From a virus (taxonomy: Duplodnaviria > Caudoviricetes), in IMG/VR virus record IMGVR_UViG_3300021087_001082, positions 1-64,000 of that record: DNA of 64,000 bases. One strand, given 5' to 3'. The position numbers and the translations under genes were made by a program. Position 1 is the first letter of the stretch, and the number at the start of each line of letters is the position of its first letter. Shown here piece by piece: positions 1-8,195 of the stretch. The notes under the pieces were generated by a model, which saw nothing but the letters and a program-made list of their open reading frames with translations, searched no databases and was not told where the DNA came from.

Positions 1-456
1 AGCGAACATATACATTTCAATATAAAGGCAAACGACCAAAAGGACACGTAAAGTTTGTCGAACGTCTAACAGCAGCAATATGAAATATTTTTTAATTATA
101 ACCTTGATGATAGCTATGAGTATTCCCGTCACATGTATAACATTGATGACTGATAGCTATGAGATACCGTTTGTAGGTGAGGCAATTGTATTGCTGCAAG
201 GAAAATAAATAACAATTATTGGGAGTGGGTGTAAGCTGGAATAAGCTCAGAGCTAGTGATAAACCTACTTCCTTTAACTAAATAGAGAGAGAAATTATGA
301 GTATGATAGTTTGTAAGTATGGATGTCTGAGTGATACAGACGAAGAACCGGATTTTGGATTCGAAGAAATTAAATGTTCGGACGGAACCACAATTCATGA
401 ATATACATGTGAATCTCATATGGAACCAAGAGAATATCCGGAACCAGAATTAGAAT

Positions 457-729
457 ATGACACCCATTGAGATTTTTGAATATAAGCAGAGATGGAAGCC
501 AAATGGTTTCAGTGTTGCATTTCATTCTGATTGGGACATCCACGTTAAGGCCTGGTTGAAGCAATTAGATAAGACCGAATGGATTTGGGATAACTGGACA
601 GGAGTATATGAACATACATGTTACTTTGAAGACCTGACAGTTGCTCAAGCTTTTACAAAATTCTTAGATGAAGGACACCCACGTGCCAGAATTAAAAAGG
701 CCGTGTTTGATGGACTTCCTGATAAATAG
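457..729 (+). CDS. hypothetical protein
   Basis: 90 aa ORF in the dominant + orientation; no recognisable motif. Confidence 0.6.
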   Translation: MTPIEIFEYKQRWKPNGFSVAFHSDWDIHVKAWLKQLDKTEWIWDNWTGVYEHTCYFEDLTVAQAFTKFLDEGHPRARIKKAVFDGLPDK

Positions 730-991
730 AAAGACCTAAGCATTCTGAGTTAGTGGTAGATCGTGGTCAGAGGTACGGCGGAGGTTCGTTGACCGAAGCT
801 GTAGGGTAACTTCCCCTTCAATGACTCTGAGGTAAGAATGTTATGTGTGAATGTTGTGGATATAAGCAGTCATCAATTTGGTGACAGTAACCACATACAC
901 TGGAGCGGCGATGACGATTCGTGAGAAGTTCGCAGGCCAAAGGTTCCAGGTATCGACGTACAAGGACGGACACATGGTCTTTCTTTTTTTT
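728..991 (+). ncRNA. putative structured ncRNA, unknown class (~257 nt)
   Basis: ORF-free GC-richer gap; AGAAAGACC (728-736) pairs with GGTCTTTCT (976-984), followed by a T run; internal helices such as TCAGAG/CTCTGA and GTCATCA-ATT-TGGTGAC. Confidence 0.6.
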
Positions 992-1011
992 AACCCTAAT
1001 CGGTATATATT

Positions 1012-1299
1012 ATGAGTAAAAATAAAAATAAAAAAAGAATAAGAGATGATGAAACAGTTACATCATGGGGTGCTCTAAGAGAATCAATTAGAGAAGAGGT
1101 CTTAGAAGAGTTCGTTGAAAAAGAACAAAATTATTTGCAGCGTATTGAATATCTAGTAGGTGCAAATAACGAAGCTATGGATTTGTTAAAAGTATGTGAA
1201 GATAAGTGTTCTTGCATGCATGAAGAATTAGATGCCTATCGATATCCAATGTTGCCAGGCCTTGAACAAGGAAAAGAGATAATATACGATCCGTTCTAA
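1012..1299 (+). CDS. hypothetical protein
   Basis: 95 aa ORF ending just before tRNA-Asn. Confidence 0.6.
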   Translation: MSKNKNKKRIRDDETVTSWGALRESIREEVLEEFVEKEQNYLQRIEYLVGANNEAMDLLKVCEDKCSCMHEELDAYRYPMLPGLEQGKEIIYDPF

Positions 1300-1305
1300 T
1301 TACAT

Positions 1306-1380
1306 TCCTCGGTAGCTCAGTGGTAGAGCAGATGACTGTTAATCATCGGGTCGCAGGTTCGAATCCCGCTCGGGGAGCCA
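1306..1380 (+). tRNA. tRNA-Asn(GTT), canonical
   Basis: TCCTCGG acceptor, GATGA-CT-GTT-AA-TCATC anticodon arm, GTTCGAATCC T arm, G73 and encoded CCA. Confidence 0.97.
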
Positions 1381-1528
1381 GCTTATGAAAGAAATAAAAC
1401 CATGACATTAGAAGAAGTAGAAACACGTTTAAAAGAGTTAATTGATATACCTATAATATTATATCAGGAGTGCTTAGAAGAAGGGTTCACAGAGGAAGAG
1501 GCTATTAAGGAAACGTTTATAAGGTTTT

Positions 1529-1735
1529 ATGAATGAAAAATGGATAAAGTATGGAGGGTGGATGCTCTCGTTGTTGACAATACTGATTGGTGTATCTTTC
1601 ATCTGGCCACATTTTCATGTAGCATTATTGGGATTTGCATTAATTTATTTGGGAGTTCGGATTTTTAATTTTTCTACCTTTGAAGAATATAAAGAAAAAC
1701 GAATATTGTTGATGCTAAAGCTAAGAAAATGGTGA
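1529..1735 (+). CDS. small membrane protein
   Basis: two hydrophobic segments in 68 aa. Confidence 0.6.
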   Translation: MNEKWIKYGGWMLSLLTILIGVSFIWPHFHVALLGFALIYLGVRIFNFSTFEEYKEKRILLMLKLRKW

Positions 1736-1736
1736 T

Positions 1737-2009
1737 ATGCCAGTAATGCGATATGATAGTGGATTCGCTGATTTGAAGCATACTAATATGTGCTATCGTT
1801 GTGATTGGTGTGATCAAGGATATAACAGGATCATCTACCTGGCGCAAGTAGGATTAGATTACTTCATGTGCGATCGATGTAGAGAATATTATAAGGTATC
1901 TTATAGTGATGCCAAAAGGTTACAATTCGTAACTAGTAAAAGAGAATGGATATCAGCAGTAGGATTATGGGTACCAGATCCCTTCTGGCGGAAGGATGAT
2001 GATGACTGA
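1737..2009 (+). CDS. hypothetical Cys-containing (possible Zn-ribbon) protein
   Basis: CDWC...CDRC motifs. Confidence 0.55.
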   Translation: MPVMRYDSGFADLKHTNMCYRCDWCDQGYNRIIYLAQVGLDYFMCDRCREYYKVSYSDAKRLQFVTSKREWISAVGLWVPDPFWRKDDDD

Positions 2010-2316
2010 GATCTGGATAGCATTGGTACTTACATGGATGCCAGTAGAGAGAGTAATAGATAAGGAATTCAACACAGAGAAAGAATGCTGGGATTATTAT
2101 GAAACAATAATATCAGAAGGCACAACATATGCTGAAGGTAAATGGGGAAAACAAAATCTAGATCATCAAGGAAGAAGACCAGATATGAATTTTCATTTCA
2201 AAACAAATTGGAATTATCCTATAAGGACTTATAAAGGTTTAGGAGAATCACCAAGGGGTAAAGATCAAGTATGGTTGAGTTGTGAACCAAAATATCCAAA
2301 TATCTATAACAAGTAA
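1996..2316 (+). CDS. hypothetical protein
   Basis: 106 aa ORF overlapping the upstream stop; hydrophobic N-terminus. Confidence 0.55.
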   Translation: MMMTEIWIALVLTWMPVERVIDKEFNTEKECWDYYETIISEGTTYAEGKWGKQNLDHQGRRPDMNFHFKTNWNYPIRTYKGLGESPRGKDQVWLSCEPKYPNIYNK

Positions 2317-2330
2317 TAAACATCAAAATT

Positions 2331-2532
2331 GATTTGTTGGGTAAACGACAGCTTGTAGGTCACTCGGAGGTAGACCGGCAAGGCTTGTACAAGTGCTCTA
2401 CTCTGGAGAAATTTAAGGTGTTATGTGGGAAGGCCAACGGTATGCGCCAACGGACGATACATAACTTAGGGAATGATGTGTCACTCGGTGATACCCTCTC
2501 ATTCGCACATCCAGAGCTCTACCCAACAAATC
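2331..2532 (+). ncRNA. putative structured ncRNA, unknown class (~202 nt)
   Basis: perfect 13-bp terminal helix GATTTGTTGGGTA/TACCCAACAAATC; nested CTCTGGA/TCCAGAG, GTTATGT/ACATAAC and GAATGA/TCATTC helices; ends 10 nt before tRNA-Asp. Confidence 0.65.
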
Positions 2533-2542
2533 TTTTATTATT

Positions 2543-2619
2543 GGTCCCATCGTCTAGGCGGCCTAGGACACCGGCCTGTCACGCCGGCAACATGGGTTCG
2601 AATCCCATTGGGACCGCCA
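2543..2619 (+). tRNA. tRNA-Asp(GTC)
   Basis: GGTCCCA/TGGGACC acceptor, CCGGC-CT-GTC-AC-GCCGG arm, GCCA end. Confidence 0.97.
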
Positions 2620-2632
2620 CAAAGGAATGTGA

Positions 2633-3576
2633 ATGACAGGGATTACACCAGCAGAATTTCTCGCAATACTTCCAAAAAAAAGTAAAGAGGATCATAAAAA
2701 GGATATTGAAGCAATGAAACAAATGTGGGGAACAAGTAAAAATATAAATCTTAATCCTAAAGTAGATTTAGAAGAAGCCGCAAAAGCAGTCAAAGTTATA
2801 GAAGACAATTTAAAAAAGAAACGAATTGAGGAAACATGACTGATAAAATTAAACCACAATCTCCCTGCAAACGTTGGAAGAAAAAAAAATTAGGAAAAAA
2901 TGAATATTGGAGCCCTAATATGAATATAGAATCAAAAGATAAAACATCTTTCGGAGAGTACTTTGACAATCAACGTGATAGAATAGTCAAGGCCATGCAA
3001 GATAAGAATAAGCAATTGAATGTTGAATGGATGGAAAGATATGAAAAGAGAAAGAAAATAGCTAAGGAGATGTTAGATGCACAAGTATAACTTTGAGAAT
3101 GCTACAGAGAAGAGAGAAGCAGATAAAATAATGGGACATATATTAATGCCTCATCCGGATGGTCAGGTAAAGCATCCAGAACATTTACAACAACATGAAA
3201 TGCTTCAAGTATTACAACGAGAAGCTATAAGTGCTAATTGGGAGGTTGTTAAAAAAACGATTTCTGAATTACCAGAACATCAAAAAAAAGATACAATAGA
3301 AATGTTAAAACGTTCAATGGACGTATCGCGGCACACCTGGCCCGATGATATAGTATGAAAGAAGTTCAAATTTTCATTGATAAAAAAGAAATGCCGTATT
3401 CACATCCAAATATGGTAGTAGCAATTAATTCATGGTTGCCATACTTAACAAATACAGATTTGGATGAATTAATAAAAAGAATCTGTGCTATGAAAGATCA
3501 TCGAGAAGAAAAACAAAAACAAGTAGAAGAAGAATGCAAAAACATTCCGATACAAACAAATAGACACGATACTTAA
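2633..3576 (+). CDS. four tandem small hypothetical proteins (2633-2839, 2836-3090, 3077-3358, 3355-3576)
   Basis: ATGA-type overlapping start/stop coupling typical of phage operons. Confidence 0.6.
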
Positions 3577-3577
3577 T

Positions 3578-3653
3578 AGGTGTTTAGCTCAGATGGGAGA
3601 GCAGGTGTTTAACAGGCATCAGGTCGCTGGTTCGATCCCAGCAACACCTACCA
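3578..3653 (+). tRNA. tRNA-Val with AAC anticodon (A34)
   Basis: AGGTGTT/AACACCT acceptor, Val-type D arm AGCTCAGATGGGAGAGC, anticodon arm GGTGT-TT-AAC-AG-GCATC, A73 and CCA. Confidence 0.9.
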
Positions 3654-3664
3654 TTAGGAAAAAA

Positions 3665-3874
3665 ATGAAAAGGCTATTATTAATTTTTACAATGATGGCA
3701 ACATGGATAGTTGTTAGTTGCAGCAGTACAGCAGGATGTTTTGGGCATTGGGTTAAAGGGCCAGGCCCTCAAAGAGGGACTAGAGATCTTAATCGAGACG
3801 CTAAATTACCTTATTACCAATGTGTAGATGAGAATAACAAAGGTAGTAATTTAGAAAGACGGAGTTCCCCGTGA
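3665..3874 (+). CDS. small putative lipoprotein
   Basis: MKRLLLIFTMMATWIVVSC signal peptide ending in a lipobox-like Cys; likely start lies after the tRNA. Confidence 0.55.
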   Translation: MKRLLLIFTMMATWIVVSCSSTAGCFGHWVKGPGPQRGTRDLNRDAKLPYYQCVDENNKGSNLERRSSP

Positions 3875-3878
3875 CCAA

Positions 3879-3952
3879 GCGAGTATCGTATAAAGGCAAT
3901 ACCTGAGATTTCCAATCTCATGATGAGGGTTCGATTCCTTCTACTCGCTCCA
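3879..3952 (+). tRNA. tRNA-Gly(TCC)
   Basis: GCGAGTA/TACTCGC acceptor, TGAGA-TT-TCC-AA-TCTCA arm, U73 and CCA. Confidence 0.96.
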
Positions 3953-4070
3953 TAAATAAATATATGGAAGAGCCACATCACGTATTAGTCGCGAGAAGCA
4001 GAGCCCGGAAAGACAAAGATTATTGGATCGAAACTACTTTAGAATATAAAACTCCAGACGGAGATCGTGG

Positions 4071-4289
4071 ATGGATAGTCAAAGTGCACAACGGACCAAA
4101 ACCGAAGACGTATCGGAAGAGATAGATCTATGCGTTCTTTGTAAAGAACCTACCAATTATAAAATTTCAGATCATATAGATAAAAGAAGAGACTACATAG
4201 AAGGCATGGGCCAAGTATGTAGTAGGTGTAGTTATACTCATCGGCAATATAAAAGCAATGAAGTGACAGACATGTTATATGATATATGA
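4071..4289 (+). CDS. small Zn-ribbon-like protein
   Basis: CVLC...YIEGMGQVCSRC. Confidence 0.6.
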   Translation: MDSQSAQRTKTEDVSEEIDLCVLCKEPTNYKISDHIDKRRDYIEGMGQVCSRCSYTHRQYKSNEVTDMLYDI

Positions 4290-5623
4290 ATCCTAAAGAC
4301 CATCCAACATATTGCCATTACCCTTTTAAGGCTATGACGTTTAAAAAGTGGTCTACAGATGGTAGACGACCAACAAATGTAACGCCTTGCTGTATGATGA
4401 TGAATCCTGTGGAACAAAAGGGAGAGGCTGCAGATATGCATTACAACATGGGTCTTTCCGAAAAGGCGTTAGCAGGAATGAATCCCCTTGAAATATTTAA
4501 TTCTCCTCAATACGAAAAGTTAAGAAACGATTTAACGAATGGTATAAAGAATGAAGCATGTTCTGTCTGCTGGAGGATGGAAGAAAAAGGTTTAGAATCG
4601 TTTAGACAATGTTCTGATTTATATGGAGGCACTGAAGGTCTATTTGAATTTGACATTACACTCTCTAACCTTTGTAACCTAGCTTGTAGAATGTGCAATG
4701 TTGGAAGTTCTCATCAGATAGGTAAAGATGTGGACGCTATGGTTAAGAATGGTACTCACGATGAATTTATGAGCGTAAGTGATAGAGCAATGCCAATAGA
4801 GAAAGGTGTTATCTATGATAAAGAGTCTAACGAAGTAATTGATTGGTTAATGAATAATACTCATCAGATAAAAATGTTAAAAGCATCTGGTGGAGAACCT
4901 TTTTATGATAGACGAGTTGTAAAGGTATTAGAAAAGTATGTTGAAGATGGCACTGCTAAAAATACAACTTTAAAGTTCCATACTAATGCTACTCAATTTA
5001 CACCTGAGTTAGCAAATCTATTAAACAACTTTAAAGAACAGGGCCACACATTTAGTATAGATGGCACACAAAGAACATATAATTATATTAGACACAATTC
5101 TAATTGGGGTGATTTAAATAATAGTTTAGATTGTTATTTAAGTAGGTGTAAAAATGTTAAACATCAATATTTTAATATGGTGTTATCTGGTATTAATGTT
5201 TTAAATGCTGCTGACTATATTGAATGGATTTGTATCAAATGTAAATCATTTGAAGTTCCTGATTGGTATATACATTTTGCTGAAATGTTTCCGGGTAATA
5301 GGGGAACATCAATTAAAAATATTCCCATAGAACTTTTAGAAGAATCATTAGATAGACTTATAGAAGTAATAGATTCCGGTATATCAACTGTCGCTGATTC
5401 AGATACTGTACATGCAACTATAAGAGGAAAAGAATATAAGTCATGGTATAGATTTAATATTCATAATTTAGTTGGACAAATACAAAACGCAATTAATAAT
5501 CATAACGGGGATTATAAGAAGTTTCAAAGAGAATTAGTTATTTTAGATAATGTTAGAAATCAATCCTATAAGGATTATATAGACCCTTTATTAGTAAAAC
5601 ATCTGGATAATATAAATGTATAA
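4286..5623 (+). CDS. radical SAM protein with N-terminal SPASM/twitch-like Cys domain
   Basis: CNLACRMC (CxxxCxxC), SGGEPF, HTNAT; N-terminal CHYPF...PCC...CSVC. Confidence 0.9.
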   Translation: MNPKDHPTYCHYPFKAMTFKKWSTDGRRPTNVTPCCMMMNPVEQKGEAADMHYNMGLSEKALAGMNPLEIFNSPQYEKLRNDLTNGIKNEACSVCWRMEEKGLESFRQCSDLYGGTEGLFEFDITLSNLCNLACRMCNVGSSHQIGKDVDAMVKNGTHDEFMSVSDRAMPIEKGVIYDKESNEVIDWLMNNTHQIKMLKASGGEPFYDRRVVKVLEKYVEDGTAKNTTLKFHTNATQFTPELANLLNNFKEQGHTFSIDGTQRTYNYIRHNSNWGDLNNSLDCYLSRCKNVKHQYFNMVLSGINVLNAADYIEWICIKCKSFEVPDWYIHFAEMFPGNRGTSIKNIPIELLEESLDRLIEVIDSGISTVADSDTVHATIRGKEYKSWYRFNIHNLVGQIQNAINNHNGDYKKFQRELVILDNVRNQSYKDYIDPLLVKHLDNINV

Positions 5624-5930
5624 ACCACTGCCCCACTATATAACAATTAAAAAATCTCCTATTAGTGGACTTGGACTTTTTGCAACAGAGAAAATTGAAG
5701 CCAATTCATTAATTGGGATTACACATCATCCTCGAAAAGAAAGTGAAGATGGATACATTCGCACACCTCTAGGTGGATTCGGAAATCATTCTGATGACCC
5801 CAATTGTAGTAAAATATTAATGGAAGATGGCTCGTGGTGGATTTGTGCTTCAAAAGATATTGAGTCGGGAGAAGAACTTACTTGGACATATACTTTATAT
5901 AAAATTACTTTTAATGAAGTTTTTAGTTGA
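5616..5930 (+). CDS. SET-domain protein (putative lysine methyltransferase)
   Basis: SPISGLGLFA, NHSDDPNC and IESGEELTWTY are SET signature motifs. Confidence 0.88.
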   Translation: MYKPLPHYITIKKSPISGLGLFATEKIEANSLIGITHHPRKESEDGYIRTPLGGFGNHSDDPNCSKILMEDGSWWICASKDIESGEELTWTYTLYKITFNEVFS

Positions 5931-5955
5931 CATTTTTGAAAAAATGCTGTATAAT
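5927..5955 (+). promoter_or_regulatory. sigma70-type early promoter
   Basis: TTGACA-N17-TATAAT. Confidence 0.85.
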
Positions 5956-5987
5956 AATAAATGTTGTACCACAAGGGATAATAATAA

Positions 5988-6659
5988 ATGGAAATACCAG
6001 ATTATAGTTACCTAGAAAATTTGAGAATTAAAGCGAACAGAAGTCAATTAGATAATACTATGTCAATGAAAGATGTAGAAAGATTAAGGAAAGCCCAACC
6101 ACCACTGAGAGTTAGATTAGGAAGTACTGATAGAACTATGTCAATCAAAGAAGACATTGATATAGAAAAGATAAACAAAGAAGTAGAAGAAACAGTTAAT
6201 AAGTTAAACCCAGAATGGAAGAAATCAGGAAATTGTCAAATATTATTACAAGGGTGTTTTGAAGGAAAGAATGATCCTTATTTTGGGTCGAGAAGAGTTA
6301 AAGAATTAGAAGATAGTGGTCACGAAGAAAAAGATTTTATTGTTCCTATATTTGATATGCCATATACTAATAAGTTAATAAAACAACTAAAGATGTATAG
6401 GACTCGATTAATGTTATTAAAACCTAAATCGTGTCTATCATGGCATTATGATCTAGGAATGAGAATACATATTCCCTTATATGGGGATAGTGACAGTTTT
6501 CATATTATAGAAGACAATGAAGGTAATAAAATTGTACACCAAATAAGACCAACAGGAGGAGCTCATTTAATGAACACAGAAGTTTATCACTCTGGAATTA
6601 ATCTATCTATGGATGTGGATAGATGTCATATAGTAGGATGTGTTAATGTAGACGAATAA
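5988..6659 (+). CDS. 2OG-Fe(II) oxygenase, aspartyl/asparaginyl beta-hydroxylase-like
   Basis: RTRLMLLKPKSCLSWHYD...RIHIPL...HSGIN...RCHIV (HxD...H...R). Confidence 0.8.
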   Translation: MEIPDYSYLENLRIKANRSQLDNTMSMKDVERLRKAQPPLRVRLGSTDRTMSIKEDIDIEKINKEVEETVNKLNPEWKKSGNCQILLQGCFEGKNDPYFGSRRVKELEDSGHEEKDFIVPIFDMPYTNKLIKQLKMYRTRLMLLKPKSCLSWHYDLGMRIHIPLYGDSDSFHIIEDNEGNKIVHQIRPTGGAHLMNTEVYHSGINLSMDVDRCHIVGCVNVDE

Positions 6660-6668
6660 AGGAGATCT

Positions 6669-6863
6669 ATGTATACTCGAAGAATAGTTATTGATAAAGT
6701 TAACAAACATATTAATGCTATGTACCCATACACAGGTGAATATATTATTGATCAGATGACACTACAAGGAGAAATGTCTCAGAACCTAGATAATGTTTTA
6801 GATAAAGCATATAAAATGTATAGAAAATTAATTAATGGAAATAAACAAGTATTGGACAAATAA
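6669..6863 (+). CDS. hypothetical protein
   Basis: preceded by AGGGAG SD. Confidence 0.55.
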   Translation: MYTRRIVIDKVNKHINAMYPYTGEYIIDQMTLQGEMSQNLDNVLDKAYKMYRKLINGNKQVLDK

Positions 6864-7539
6864 AGGATATGGCTCTGGGTTTGGGGATTTAATAAATCAG
6901 ATATCATATGATTATATAAGTGCTAGTGAACCTACAATAATTAATTGGCATTTACAACCTCGAACCCATAGACAAGTAAAACGAATATTAAACTTTTTTA
7001 AACCTAATGATTTAATTACACATGAGTTTAAAACATTTACTCAAACAGATGAACCGCCATTGAGTCAACATCCACATGATTATTGGCTAGCAAAAGAAAT
7101 TCATCAAGGCGGGGATTATGTAGCCATATGGTTATATACACAACATAAATCAAAATCCCCTCATCATCAAGAAAAGGTAGTGGATATTACTTCTTTGGAA
7201 ATGATGATAAGAAGTCTTAAAGCAAATGGGCATAAGATAGTTATTGTTCCAAGCTTGGGACCTAACAGGACGATCTATAATATCGAATATAATTTTGATC
7301 GATATGGTTATATGTTAACTAGTGTATTAAAGAATTGTAAATTTTTAATTTGTTCAGAAGGTGGCATTGCTCATTTAGCTAGAATGATGAGAGTTCCCTC
7401 TTTAGTTTATTTTAATCAAAAAGCGCCATGGAAGGGCCAACCTGGACCCGATTTAAGGGAATTTTGGATTACTGAATATAGTAGACCGATAGATACGTTA
7501 ACTAGAGCAGCTGCCGAAGGTGCAAAGCTAAATGTTTAA
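6835..7539 (+). CDS. putative glycosyltransferase (GT-B, GT9-like)
   Basis: N-terminal GFGD and C-terminal ICSEGGIAHLARMMRVPSLVYF resemble the GT9 DSG..HLA..LG.P motif. Confidence 0.6.
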   Translation: MEINKYWTNKGYGSGFGDLINQISYDYISASEPTIINWHLQPRTHRQVKRILNFFKPNDLITHEFKTFTQTDEPPLSQHPHDYWLAKEIHQGGDYVAIWLYTQHKSKSPHHQEKVVDITSLEMMIRSLKANGHKIVIVPSLGPNRTIYNIEYNFDRYGYMLTSVLKNCKFLICSEGGIAHLARMMRVPSLVYFNQKAPWKGQPGPDLREFWITEYSRPIDTLTRAAAEGAKLNV

Positions 7540-8086
7540 AGTAATACCTGGATTTGTGGATGAGGACTATTGTAAAGTATTTACAGTATATGCTCTCAAT
7601 GAACGATTAGAGCGATTTAAGCCCTACAGCAAAAAGAAACATGAAACACCTGGGCCTGATACTCACGGCAGATATAAAGACCATTTTGCTGAAGCATCGT
7701 TAAAAGCTTTTTTACCAAGAGTGCAACGATACTTTGGAGATAAAGAAATTTATCCTTCTTATTCATATTACATTGTGTATGAAAATGGTGCACGTTTAAA
7801 TAAACATATTGACAAGGAAGTTTGTGAAATATCTCTTACTATACCTACAGGTTACCTTTATAGTGATAGCTATCAAGGGTCTGTATGGCCTCTATATATC
7901 GATGACGATGTTCCAATAAAGCTAAATATTGGAGATGCTTTTTTATACACGCAAGACCCCAAGAAGCACGTACATTGGCGATTACCTTTTGAAGGAATAT
8001 ATCAAGTTCAATTATTACTTCATTATGTAACGGGATCTAATACAAAGTCCCCCATCCCCGTTCAAAGATTAATGCAAGATGCTTAG
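7532..8086 (+). CDS. 2OG-Fe(II) oxygenase
   Basis: LNKHIDKEVCEISLT...GDAFLY...HWR...QLLLHY. Confidence 0.8.
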   Translation: MFKVIPGFVDEDYCKVFTVYALNERLERFKPYSKKKHETPGPDTHGRYKDHFAEASLKAFLPRVQRYFGDKEIYPSYSYYIVYENGARLNKHIDKEVCEISLTIPTGYLYSDSYQGSVWPLYIDDDVPIKLNIGDAFLYTQDPKKHVHWRLPFEGIYQVQLLLHYVTGSNTKSPIPVQRLMQDA

Positions 8087-8195
8087 GAACCTAATGATCC
8101 GTAATATAATTATTATTTGCTTTTGTTTAGCCTTTGTTGCATTTTATACCCATATTGTCATGACAGGGATGTAGCTCAGACCCCCCTACCAAAAA

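Noticed and set aside
2334-2685. ORFs 2334-2636 and 2473-2685
   Set aside because: They run through the structured RNA and tRNA-Asp; likely artefacts of GC-richer RNA genes.
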